Source: Flavobacteriales bacterium | GTDB lineage: Bacteria; Bacteroidota; Bacteroidia; Flavobacteriales; UBA1820 | DNA: 64,000 nt | Assembly (NCBI GenBank): GCA_017620815.1 | Contig: JAGAUI010000037.1 | Span: forward strand, 3,047-67,046 | Direction: 5' to 3' | In this document: in pieces, positions 9,760-18,043 of the stretch | Layout of the letters: the number at the start of each line of letters is the position of its first letter | Position numbering within the stretch: the first letter of the stretch is position 1 | Position numbers and translations under genes: made by a program | Notes under the pieces: model-generated | What the model was told of the DNA's origin: nothing | The model's database searches: none | Seen by the model: only the letters and a program-made list of their open reading frames with translations

Positions 9760-10644
9760 ATGAAAGCATACGTTTTCCCAGGACAAGGTGCACAGTTCTC
9801 TGGAATGGGTGCAGACCTATATGAAAAATACCCTATAGCTCGTGAATTATTTGATAAGGCCGATGAAATACTAGGTTTTTCTATAAGCAAAATCATGTTC
9901 ACAGGTAGTGACGAAGAACTTAAACAGACCAAGGTTACTCAACCTGCCGTATTTTTGCATTCGGTGATACTAGCCAAAGTCCTAGGTGATAGCTTCCGCC
10001 CAGATATGGTGGCAGGACACTCTCTAGGAGAATTTTCGGCACTAGTGGCTGCAGGTGCTATGTCGTTTGAAGATGGTCTTAAACTGGTTTCTGCTCGTGC
10101 TATGGCCATGCAGAAAGCTTGTGAGGCTGTGCCTAGCACTATGGCTGCCGTGCTTAACCTTACAGACGAGGCAGTAGAAAAGATATGTGAAGAAACAGAA
10201 GGTGTAGTAGTAGCTGCCAACTATAACTGCCCAGGACAGCTGGTTATATCTGGTGAGATTCCAGCAGTAGATGCTGCTTGTGAAGCTGCTAAGGCTGCAG
10301 GTGCTCGTCGTGCATTGCGTCTGCCAGTGGGTGGTGCGTTCCACTCTCCTCTTATGGAGCCTGCTCGTGAGGAATTGGCTGCTGCAATAGCAAATACTCC
10401 TTTCTCTACTCCTGTATGTCCAGTGTACCAAAACGTATCTACACATGGAGAAACAGACCCAGAGGTCATCAAAAATAACCTTATAGCACAGCTTACAGCT
10501 CCTGTTAAATGGACACAGAGCGTGCGCAATATGGTAGCAGATGGTGCTAGCGAATTTGTAGAAGTGGGACCAGGTAAAGTACTACAAGGTCTAGTGAAGA
10601 AAATAGCTAGCGATGTTACTGCCGCAAGTGCTGTGGTAGAATAA
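9760..10644 (+). CDS. fabD: Malonyl-CoA:ACP transacylase
   Basis: 294 aa. Motifs FPGQGAQ and the active-site GHSLGE. Confidence 0.95.
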   Translation: MKAYVFPGQGAQFSGMGADLYEKYPIARELFDKADEILGFSISKIMFTGSDEELKQTKVTQPAVFLHSVILAKVLGDSFRPDMVAGHSLGEFSALVAAGAMSFEDGLKLVSARAMAMQKACEAVPSTMAAVLNLTDEAVEKICEETEGVVVAANYNCPGQLVISGEIPAVDAACEAAKAAGARRALRLPVGGAFHSPLMEPAREELAAAIANTPFSTPVCPVYQNVSTHGETDPEVIKNNLIAQLTAPVKWTQSVRNMVADGASEFVEVGPGKVLQGLVKKIASDVTAASAVVE

Positions 10645-10674
10645 TAGCATAGTTTAAGATAAACACGGTGATAT

Positions 10675-10717
10675 ACACTGAAAATGGCGAGCCCTCTGGG
10701 CTCGCCTTTTTCAGTGT
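10675..10717. terminator. Bidirectional terminator between convergent fabD and nadD
   Basis: GC-rich stem ggcgagccc/gggctcgcc extended by acactgaaaa/ttttcagtgt. A-run on the 5' side and T-run on the 3' side. Confidence 0.8.
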
Positions 10718-10738
10718 ATGATACAATAGGGAGTGTAT

Positions 10739-11338
10739 TTATTTATAAAGTCCCTTTTTATCTATGTAATCCAGCACCTGTGGTGGAAGTAAAGCTCTTA
10801 CCGAACGATTTTCTTTTATATCACAACGTATGGCAGTAGCCGATATTTCTACTTGTGGGGCGTCATTGAGGATGGTTACATCGGCATTTTCAAATAACGC
10901 ACTGCTGGATTCATAACCCGGACGAGGGTAGATGTAAAAAGAAAAGTATTTGAGGATAAACTCATAGTTCTTCCACCTCTCAAAACCTATAAGACTATCG
11001 GCTCCCATTATAAGACAGAAGTGATAGTCTGGATACTTTTCGCTAAGGCGTAAAAGGGTATCGCACGTGTATGATGGTTTTTCCATGCGAAACTCTATAT
11101 CACATGCCCTAATGTTTTCATATCCTTCTATGGCACGATGCACCATTTCCAGACGGTCATAGTCTGATGCTAGAGTAGATTTCTTTTTAAATGGATTGTG
11201 TGGAGAGATGACTATCCATACTTGGTCTAGGTCTGTGTGTTCCACTATGTGGGACGCCACTATGAGATGACCGTGGTGTATGGGGTTAAAAGACCCGAAA
11301 TATAGTCCTATGCGTTTCTTTTTACTCTCCTGTTCCAT
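10739..11338 (-). CDS. nadD: Nicotinate-nucleotide adenylyltransferase
   Basis: 199 aa. Motif GLYFGSFNPIHHGH (the HxGH nucleotidyltransferase motif). Confidence 0.9.
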   Translation of the reverse strand: MEQESKKKRIGLYFGSFNPIHHGHLIVASHIVEHTDLDQVWIVISPHNPFKKKSTLASDYDRLEMVHRAIEGYENIRACDIEFRMEKPSYTCDTLLRLSEKYPDYHFCLIMGADSLIGFERWKNYEFILKYFSFYIYPRPGYESSSALFENADVTILNDAPQVEISATAIRCDIKENRSVRALLPPQVLDYIDKKGLYK

Positions 11339-11340
11339 AT

Positions 11341-11919
11341 TTATTTAAGTGCGTCTTCTATGATAGAGCGGGCTTTGTTTATGGCGTCTTCTAGGCAGTC
11401 GTTAATTACTACATGGTCAAACTGTGAGGCATAACCCATCTCTTGTTCTGCTTTGCGGATACGCATGTCTATCTTATCGGGAGAGTCTGTGCCACGACCT
11501 TCCAGACGACGACGCAATTCTTCCACGCTGGGTGGCATGACAAATATAAGGCAAGTCTCTTCTGGGTATAAGCGTTTGACATTAAGACCTCCCATCACAT
11601 CTACATCCAGTATTACGGCATTGCCTTTGTTCCATATACGGTCTAGTTCGCTGCGTAATGTCCCGTAATAAGTATCGGTATATACCTGTTCCCATTCTAG
11701 GAAAAGGTCTTCATCTATCTTTTTGCGGAACTCATCGGGAGAGAGGAAGTAGTATTCCACTCCGTTTTTTTCACTTCCACGAGGAGAACGAGATGTAGCC
11801 GAAACAGAAAACTCCAGTGGGTATTTGCCTTCTGAAAGTATGCTGTTTACTATCGTGGTTTTTCCGCTGCCGCTAGGGGCAGAAAATATAAATATCTTGT
11901 GGTGTGATGATTGGCTCAT
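11341..11919 (-). CDS. gmk: Guanylate kinase
   Basis: 192 aa. P-loop SAPSGSGKTT and the GMP-binding segment SATSRSPRGSEKNGVEYYF. Confidence 0.93.
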   Translation of the reverse strand: MSQSSHHKIFIFSAPSGSGKTTIVNSILSEGKYPLEFSVSATSRSPRGSEKNGVEYYFLSPDEFRKKIDEDLFLEWEQVYTDTYYGTLRSELDRIWNKGNAVILDVDVMGGLNVKRLYPEETCLIFVMPPSVEELRRRLEGRGTDSPDKIDMRIRKAEQEMGYASQFDHVVINDCLEDAINKARSIIEDALK

Positions 11920-11924
11920 GGGCG

Positions 11925-12785
11925 TTAAAGTACATTTAGGGATTGTTCTTTAATCTTTTCTAGTTCGTCTTTCATGCGAACGACTATCTTCTGCATATCG
12001 GCTTGGTTGGATTTGGAGCCTAGGGTGTTTATCTCTCGTCCCATCTCTTGGGCTATAAACCCTAGTTTTTTACCGCAATCCACTTCTTCTTCCATCGTTT
12101 TAAGGAAGTAATCTATGTGCAATCCTAGACGTACTTTTTCTTCTGTGACATCCAGTTTTTCTAGATAGAATATCATCTCCTGTTCCAGACGGTTTTTATC
12201 TACCTCTACTGGTAGTTCAGAAAGGTTTTTAACTAGACGTTCCTTGATAGCTTCTACACGTCCCTTTTCATATGGTTCTACCTGTGAGAGTAGAGTGCGG
12301 ATGTTCTCCACATATGACGTTAGTTCGCTTTTAAGGATAGCTCCTTCGCTAGTGCGGTATGTATCTATTGCCTTTATCGCTTCGTTTACTCCCTCCATGA
12401 CGGTATTCCATTCCTCTTCTGTGAGTTCCTCTCTCTCCCCGCGGAATACATCGGGCAGACGCATAGCCATTTCTAGACGTTTTTCTGCCGAAACAGAAGG
12501 CTCTATCTCTCCCAATTGCTGCATATATGAAAGTACGGTAGCTACGTTTATGTCGTGGCTCATATCGGCATCGTCTGTTTCGGCATAGATAGAAAAATCT
12601 ACCTTGCCGCGGGTAAGGCGAGAGGTGATATGACGTCGCAATTCTGGGTCTTTTTCACGGTATAGAGATGGGATACGGGTAGATAGGTCCATCTGTTTAC
12701 TATTGAGGCTTTTTATTTCTATGGTCAGCTTTTTGCCCTCTAGGCTTATCTGTGAGCGACCAAAACCTGTCATTGATTTTACCAT
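11925..12785 (-). CDS. yicC: YicC-family stress-induced protein
   Basis: N-terminus MVKSMTGFG resembles the YicC N-terminus. The start was moved to M21 (12785) because a TACTTTTG -7 box lies inside the longer ORF. Confidence 0.8.
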   Translation of the reverse strand: MVKSMTGFGRSQISLEGKKLTIEIKSLNSKQMDLSTRIPSLYREKDPELRRHITSRLTRGKVDFSIYAETDDADMSHDINVATVLSYMQQLGEIEPSVSAEKRLEMAMRLPDVFRGEREELTEEEWNTVMEGVNEAIKAIDTYRTSEGAILKSELTSYVENIRTLLSQVEPYEKGRVEAIKERLVKNLSELPVEVDKNRLEQEMIFYLEKLDVTEEKVRLGLHIDYFLKTMEEEVDCGKKLGFIAQEMGREINTLGSKSNQADMQKIVVRMKDELEKIKEQSLNVL

Positions 12786-12813
12786 AGGAGTATGTCGTTT
12801 GTTTTTAAGACTA

Positions 12814-12821
12814 CAAAAGTA
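12814..12821 (-). promoter_or_regulatory. -7 promoter box (TACTTTTG) for yicC-gmk-nadD
   Basis: Matches TAnnTTTG on the minus strand, 29 nt upstream of the ATG at 12785. Confidence 0.5.
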
Positions 12822-12896
12822 AAGAACTATTCTCTTTTTTGCCAATATTTTGGGTTATAATATCATTCTATACCTCATAAGAGTGGATTTATTGCT

Positions 12897-12904
12897 TACC
12901 TTTG
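12897..12904 (+). promoter_or_regulatory. -7 promoter box (TACCTTTG) for the ABC-F gene
   Basis: Matches TAnnTTTG, 30 nt upstream of the ATG at 12934. Confidence 0.5.
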
Positions 12905-12933
12905 TACTACTTGAAAACACATATGATGTCTAT

Positions 12934-14805
12934 ATGAATTATCTATCGGTAGAGAACCTTTCCAAATCATACGGAATACGCACACTTTTCAGTGATGTTA
13001 CATTTGGTATATCACAAGGGGAAAAGATAGCCTTTGTAGCCAAAAATGGCAGTGGTAAATCAACGCTTATGCGTATATTATGTGGACGTGAGGACGCCGA
13101 TAACGGCACTGTTACATTCCGCCGAGGTGTAAGTGTGGGATTCCTCTCCCAAGACTATGATTTCCCTCCCACAGCGACCATAGAGGATATAATCTATGGT
13201 GCCGATACCCCTATGTTGCGTACCATACGACGTTATGAGAGAGCTGTACATGATAGTAATTATGCTCATGATTTCCAGTCTGCATATGAAGAGATGGAAA
13301 GTCAAGGGGCGTGGGAGTATGAGTTGAGAATACAGACCGTTCTATCCCAACTCAAACTAGACAACATATCGGTTACATGTGCCCAGATGTCGGGAGGACA
13401 GTTACGGCGTCTAGCTCTAGCACAGGTGCTTATAGAAGCTCCCGATTTCCTCATACTAGATGAACCTACCAACCATCTTGACCTGCCTATGGTAGAATGG
13501 CTAGAGAATTATCTCTCTGGTGAAAAAATAACACTCTTTATGGTTACCCACGACCGTTATTTTCTAGATAGAGTATGTACCGATATTCTAGAACTGGACG
13601 CAGGTAAGCTGTGGCGTTATCACGGGAACTATTCGTATTTTATGGAGAAACGTGCCGAACGCTATGCCGCTGTTACTGCCGAGGCCGAAAAAGCACGTAA
13701 CCTCATGCGGCGTGAAGCAGAATGGATACGCCGTCAGCCACAGGCACGTGGCACCAAGGCAAAGGCTCGTATAGATTCATTTGAAGTGTTACGACAGAAG
13801 GCTTCGTTCCGTATAGATGAACGTGTACTAGAGCTGGGTATAAATATGGAGCGACTGGGTAGCAAAGTCGTTGAGATGCATTCGGTGAGCAAGAGTTGGG
13901 AGGATATGAAGATACTAGATAAGTTTGATTATGTCTTCCGCCGTGGCGAACGCGTGGGTATAGTAGGAGATAATGGCAGTGGCAAATCTACATTTTTACG
14001 AGTGGCTAGTGGTGAAGAAGCTCCCGATAGTGGCAAAGTGGTAATAGGAGATACGGTGGTATTTGGGCATTATCGTCAGGAAGGGATAGAGATAAATCCC
14101 AGAGAAAAAGTGATAGAAGTCCTTAAAAAATATGGCGAATATATCCCACTTGCCAAAGGACGTCGTCTTTCGGCCGAACAACTCCTAGAACGCTTCCTCT
14201 TTACCCGTTCACAGCAGTGGGATTATGTGGAGAAATTATCGGGAGGAGAGCGTCGTCGCTTGTATCTATGTACCGTTCTTATCTCCAATCCCAATTTCCT
14301 CATACTGGACGAGCCTACCAACGACCTAGACATTATAACTCTTACTGTACTGGAAGAATTCCTCATAGAGTATCCGGGTGTGCTACTTATAGTGAGTCAC
14401 GACCGTTATTTTATGGACAAGATAGTTGACCATTTATTTGTATTTGAGGGAGGGGGAAAAATAAAGGATTTTCCCGGCACATATACCGAATACCGCATAT
14501 GGCATAAATCCCAAAAAGCAGTGGATACAGCCACTGCCATAGAGGATAAAAAACCATGTGTAGAAAAACCTCGTGAAAAGAAAAATCGTCTTTCATATAA
14601 AGAGCAGAAAGAGTTTGATGCTCTGGAAGAGGAGATACCTGCACTGGAGAGTGAGAAAAAAGAGATAGAATCTATATTTGCCAGTGGGGAGGAACTATCA
14701 CCCAGCAGGGTAAATGCTCTCTCTGCCCGTATGGAAGAAATTCTTTCTATGCTGGAAGAGAAAGAAGAGAGATGGATAGAGCTCTCTATGATGATAGAGG
14801 ATTAA
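12934..14805 (+). CDS. ABC-F family ATPase (Uup-like, two ABC domains plus C-terminal coiled coil)
   Basis: Two Walker A motifs (GKNGSGKST, GDNGSGKST) and two signature motifs (MSGGQ, LSGGE). No TM domain. Charged coiled-coil tail. I prefer the start at MNYLSVENL. Confidence 0.9.
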   Translation: MNYLSVENLSKSYGIRTLFSDVTFGISQGEKIAFVAKNGSGKSTLMRILCGREDADNGTVTFRRGVSVGFLSQDYDFPPTATIEDIIYGADTPMLRTIRRYERAVHDSNYAHDFQSAYEEMESQGAWEYELRIQTVLSQLKLDNISVTCAQMSGGQLRRLALAQVLIEAPDFLILDEPTNHLDLPMVEWLENYLSGEKITLFMVTHDRYFLDRVCTDILELDAGKLWRYHGNYSYFMEKRAERYAAVTAEAEKARNLMRREAEWIRRQPQARGTKAKARIDSFEVLRQKASFRIDERVLELGINMERLGSKVVEMHSVSKSWEDMKILDKFDYVFRRGERVGIVGDNGSGKSTFLRVASGEEAPDSGKVVIGDTVVFGHYRQEGIEINPREKVIEVLKKYGEYIPLAKGRRLSAEQLLERFLFTRSQQWDYVEKLSGGERRRLYLCTVLISNPNFLILDEPTNDLDIITLTVLEEFLIEYPGVLLIVSHDRYFMDKIVDHLFVFEGGGKIKDFPGTYTEYRIWHKSQKAVDTATAIEDKKPCVEKPREKKNRLSYKEQKEFDALEEEIPALESEKKEIESIFASGEELSPSRVNALSARMEEILSMLEEKEERWIELSMMIED

Positions 14806-15242
14806 AGGAAAGGGATTTTTTTCTTTATCCACCACACTGCTGCTACTATGGTTAGAGCTACTGCTGCCCATAGGTATATTTTATGTGAGGTATTAGGATG
14901 TGTTTTTTCATTTATATTCCCTGTGTGGCTGATGTATCTAGCAGATGTATCTATGGCGACGTTCATAGTGGTATCACAGGAAGTGGTACTGCTGTTTTCT
15001 TTAATGTCATAATGACGGGTTATGACACGTGTGGTACGTCCTGCAGTATCAATTTCTCGTATTTCTTCTTCTATGACATGCGTGCTAGAAAGTGAACATA
15101 GCGTGGAGTTTATATGACCTTTGACTATGTGTAGATTTCTTTTTTCTATAATCTCCCCTTCCGATTTTACATTTATGTTTTTCTTTATCCCACAGGCTCC
15201 TACTATCATAAGAACTGTGATGTATATTACTGTTTTTCTCAT
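14802..15242 (-). CDS. Small protein with an N-terminal lipoprotein signal and a C-terminal TM anchor (unimolecular-spanin-like architecture)
   Basis: 146 aa. Lipobox IVGAC at the N-terminus. C-terminal TM IYLWAAVALTIVAAVWWIKKK. There is a 4-nt start overlap with the upstream gene. Confidence 0.55.
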   Translation of the reverse strand: MRKTVIYITVLMIVGACGIKKNINVKSEGEIIEKRNLHIVKGHINSTLCSLSSTHVIEEEIREIDTAGRTTRVITRHYDIKENSSTTSCDTTMNVAIDTSARYISHTGNINEKTHPNTSHKIYLWAAVALTIVAAVWWIKKKIPFL

Positions 15243-15649
15243 CTTATCTCTATATAATTAAGTTCTTTTTTACGGGAGCATTCGGTGAGGAGTTTTACTA
15301 TTTTATCTTCGGTAGTTTGGCTGTTTTTTATGATGCCCTCTCCTGCTTTTTCTCCCACTAGGATGCATCCGCTGGTATCGTTGGCTGTGTTGCCACTGTG
15401 TATGCGTATGCCAGTGAATTGTGGTACGTCTTCCACAAGAGGCAGTGTGCGGCGGAATTTGGGGGAGTAAGAAAGCGTTATCTTGTATGTCCCGCATGGT
15501 ATAGCTGTATGGTGAGCTATCTTGGGTGAGGAGGAGAGGTCTCTTTCTGTATCTTCCAGACTATGGCATATAAATGTGCCGTGAGAGTTCATTATTACAC
15601 CTTCGCTGTAGAGAGGTGTTTTATGTGTTCGGGTGAGTATTAACTTCAT
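15239..15649 (-). CDS. DUF5675-like protein (phage-associated, possible cell-wall enzyme)
   Basis: 136 aa. Motifs IPCGTYKITL...VPQFTGIRIHSGNTANDTSGCILVGE match my recollection of the roughly 130-aa bacterial/viral DUF5675 family. Confidence 0.55.
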   Translation of the reverse strand: MKLILTRTHKTPLYSEGVIMNSHGTFICHSLEDTERDLSSSPKIAHHTAIPCGTYKITLSYSPKFRRTLPLVEDVPQFTGIRIHSGNTANDTSGCILVGEKAGEGIIKNSQTTEDKIVKLLTECSRKKELNYIEIR

Positions 15650-16025
15650 TTGTTTTTATTGTTTGGCGGAAGGGGCAGTCTGCATCACCACACGAGGTGC
15701 TTTCTATGCGTGAACGCAATAACTGTGTTTCCAGTTCTATTTTATAAAGTTTTTTGGATAGAGTGTTTATAAGGGCTCGTTTTTCATTGAGTTCTTCCTG
15801 CATGCGGTCCACCTCGCTATATGCCTCGCGGATGCTCTCTTTGAGGAAGAGTATTTGTTCGCGGGAGGCTTCTTGGAGGCGGGCGGTGTTTTCTGTATTT
15901 ACCGTTTCTATGTCTTCGCGGCGGCGGAATATAGAACTGAATATCACAGGCAGTAGCTCCCTTAATCCCAATGCTCCTATGAGAGTTATTACCATCTGTC
16001 CTATGCTTATACCATCATTTGTCAT
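15621..16025 (-). CDS. Small membrane protein with a C-terminal coiled coil (holin-like position)
   Basis: N-terminal TM ISIGQMVITLIGALGLRELLPVIF followed by a heptad-rich E/L/K/R segment. The start was set at M18 because a TATATTTG -7 box overlaps the first ATG at 16076. An alternative start is M5 at 16064. Confidence 0.5.
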   Translation of the reverse strand: MTNDGISIGQMVITLIGALGLRELLPVIFSSIFRRREDIETVNTENTARLQEASREQILFLKESIREAYSEVDRMQEELNEKRALINTLSKKLYKIELETQLLRSRIESTSCGDADCPFRQTIKTNEVNTHPNT

Positions 16026-16073
16026 TTTTGCACATTTATTTTCCTTCTTGTCTACTAGATGCATGGTTTCATA

Positions 16074-16081
16074 CAAATATA
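16074..16081 (-). promoter_or_regulatory. -7 promoter box (TATATTTG) for the three-gene lysis-like cassette
   Basis: Matches TAnnTTTG on the minus strand and overlaps the first in-frame ATG of the 151-aa ORF. Confidence 0.45.
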
Positions 16082-16168
16082 ATAATCAAAAAGGAAATAA
16101 AAAAGCATTTTGGGTAGAAATAGATGTTAAAATTTGTGTAAACGAGATAATGTGCTTATTTTTACCAA

Positions 16169-16783
16169 ATGAATTATAAAAACGAGATGATTCGTCCAGT
16201 AGTTGAAAATGAAAGGATTAGTAAACGTGCGGCCATACTTAACAGCACGTTATTCCTAGTTTCTGTATATGGATTTCACGGGACATCTATGGCTATGATA
16301 GCCGAAAATGCTTCAATAGGGGCTGGTACTATCTATCGTTATTTTAAGAATAAAGATGAGCTTATCATGTCCCTTATGCAGGATATCCAGCACAAGGTGG
16401 TAGATGCTATGCTGGCAGATTATGATGAGAATGTACCATATAGAGAGCGTTTTGAGCGTATGTGGCTCAATATGACACGCTATTATATGGAACACCCCGC
16501 CGAATTCCAATATGCAGAACAACATCGTCATTCTGGATATATGGAACACCTTTCACGTCTTTCAAGTGTGAAAATCCTCAATCCCGTTCTTCAGTTTTTT
16601 GTGGAGGGGAAAAAGAAACATCTCATAAAAGATATGCCTCTGTATTCAATCATAGCAATATCTCGTGGCCCTATAGTAGAGATGGCAAAACTACATATAG
16701 ACCATAAACAGAAACTTACCGAGGAAAAAATACAACAAGTATGCCGTGCCTGCTGGGATGGTTTACGCAATAGTGAAGAATAA
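16169..16783 (+). CDS. TetR/AcrR-family transcriptional regulator
   Basis: 204 aa. N-terminal helix-turn-helix segment FHGTSMAMIAENASIGAGTIYRYFKNKDEL. Confidence 0.88.
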   Translation: MNYKNEMIRPVVENERISKRAAILNSTLFLVSVYGFHGTSMAMIAENASIGAGTIYRYFKNKDELIMSLMQDIQHKVVDAMLADYDENVPYRERFERMWLNMTRYYMEHPAEFQYAEQHRHSGYMEHLSRLSSVKILNPVLQFFVEGKKKHLIKDMPLYSIIAISRGPIVEMAKLHIDHKQKLTEEKIQQVCRACWDGLRNSEE

Positions 16784-16800
16784 TTTTTATACATTTTTAT

Positions 16801-17898
16801 ATGGAAAAATACATAAATACTGTCATTGTAGGTTCTGGAAGTTATATGGCTGGGCAAGTAATAAAAAATGATTACTTCCTAAATGCCGAATTTTATGATA
16901 CCAACAATGAACGTATCCCACGCTCCAACGAAGAAATTATAGAGAAATTTAAGGAAATAGTAGGGATAGATGAACGACGTTATGCCGATGACCATATCAC
17001 CAATTCAGATATGGCCTCTGCTGCCGCTCAAATAGCTATAGAAGAGTGGGGAGGAGATAAAAATACACTGGATTATGTGATAGTGGCACACAACTATGGA
17101 GATATGGTTCAGGGTGTTCACGCTGTAGAAATAGTGCCAAATATGGCTTGCCGTGTAAAACATAAACTGGGCATTACCAATAACAAATGTATCCCTTATG
17201 ATATGATATTTGGTTGTCCGGGGTGGTTGCAAGGTGTGATATTGGGACACCAGTTCATACAGGCAGGATTGGCCAAAAACATATTGGTTATAGGTAGTGA
17301 TACTCTTTCACGAGCATATGACCCACATGACCGCGATAGTATGATATTTGCCGATGGAGCAGGAGCAGTGGTGCTTTCGGCGATAGAGGATAGTAAAAAA
17401 TATGGTGTCCTTTCTACGGCAGTACAGTCAGACAATGGCGACGAGATAGAGTACCTCAAAGGTGGCCCAAGTCTTAACCCAGACTATGCTGGCAAACGTC
17501 CATCAATGATACGTATGGCTGGTCGTAAGGTATATGAATATGTGCTTAAAAATGTGCCAGCAGCTATAAAAGAAGCTATGGACAAGGCAGGTGTAGAACT
17601 GCAAGATACAGAAAAAATGCTCATCCATCAAGCCAATGAAAAAATGGACGAAGCGGTATTCTTGCGTCTTAAACGTCTGTATCGTGGTTGCACACACGAG
17701 AGCAAAGACTTTATGCCTCTTACTCTTTCATTCCTAGGTAATAGTTCGGTAGCCACAGTACCTACGCTGTATGACCTAGTGAAGAAAGGCAAACTGGGAG
17801 AGCATCATTTTACAGCAGGAGGAAATATCATAATGGCATCGGTAGGTGCGGGTATGAATATAAATGCACTGGTGTACCGTTTCCCAGAGGGAGAATAA
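16801..17898 (+). CDS. 3-oxoacyl-ACP synthase III family (FabH-like KAS III)
   Basis: 365 aa. Cys-His-Asn triad context: FGCPGW, IHQANEKM and GNSSVATVP. Confidence 0.8.
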   Translation: MEKYINTVIVGSGSYMAGQVIKNDYFLNAEFYDTNNERIPRSNEEIIEKFKEIVGIDERRYADDHITNSDMASAAAQIAIEEWGGDKNTLDYVIVAHNYGDMVQGVHAVEIVPNMACRVKHKLGITNNKCIPYDMIFGCPGWLQGVILGHQFIQAGLAKNILVIGSDTLSRAYDPHDRDSMIFADGAGAVVLSAIEDSKKYGVLSTAVQSDNGDEIEYLKGGPSLNPDYAGKRPSMIRMAGRKVYEYVLKNVPAAIKEAMDKAGVELQDTEKMLIHQANEKMDEAVFLRLKRLYRGCTHESKDFMPLTLSFLGNSSVATVPTLYDLVKKGKLGEHHFTAGGNIIMASVGAGMNINALVYRFPEGE

Positions 17899-17963
17899 TT
17901 TAAGTTAAATATTTTTCATTTTGTTTATTTAATAATATTGATGTCTGTTTTTAGACATTAAAG

Positions 17964-17986
17964 AAGCCACCGTTAGGTGGCTTTTT
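17964..17986 (+). terminator. Rho-independent terminator after the KAS III gene
   Basis: Stem aagccacc/ggtggctt with loop gtta, followed by a T-run. Confidence 0.75.
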
Positions 17987-18012
17987 ATTTTGTGGAGTTA
18001 CGTTACTTTTCC

Positions 18013-18020
18013 TATATTTG
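18013..18020 (+). promoter_or_regulatory. -7 promoter box (TATATTTG) for the beta-propeller lipoprotein gene
   Basis: Matches TAnnTTTG, 24 nt upstream of the ATG at 18044. Confidence 0.5.
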
Positions 18021-18043
18021 TGGGGTAAAGAAATGATATTGTT

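Noticed and set aside
9564-9932. A 122-aa minus-strand ORF spanning the HdeD-like/fabD intergenic region.
   Set aside because: It runs through the terminator palindrome and the fabD promoter box and overlaps both flanking genes, so it is implausible as a gene.
9939-10529. Three overlapping minus-strand ORFs (93, 134 and 102 aa) inside fabD.
   Set aside because: They are antisense to a confidently identified fabD. Their Ala/Ser/Arg-rich composition is typical of the reverse frames of an Ala/Gly-rich gene.
15239-15649. Calling the 136-aa protein a bona fide YkuD-type L,D-transpeptidase.
   Set aside because: The His-to-Cys spacing is 11 residues, shorter than the roughly 16-18 I recall for YkuD domains. 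The rest of the domain is not recognisable by eye. I kept it only as a resemblance.
15754-16179. A 141-aa plus-strand ORF overlapping the TM/coiled-coil gene and the tetR start.
   Set aside because: Its Ser/Arg-rich sequence is the expected antisense image of an E/L/K-rich coiled coil. The minus-strand ORF has a TM helix, heptads, a -7 box and coupling to downstream genes.
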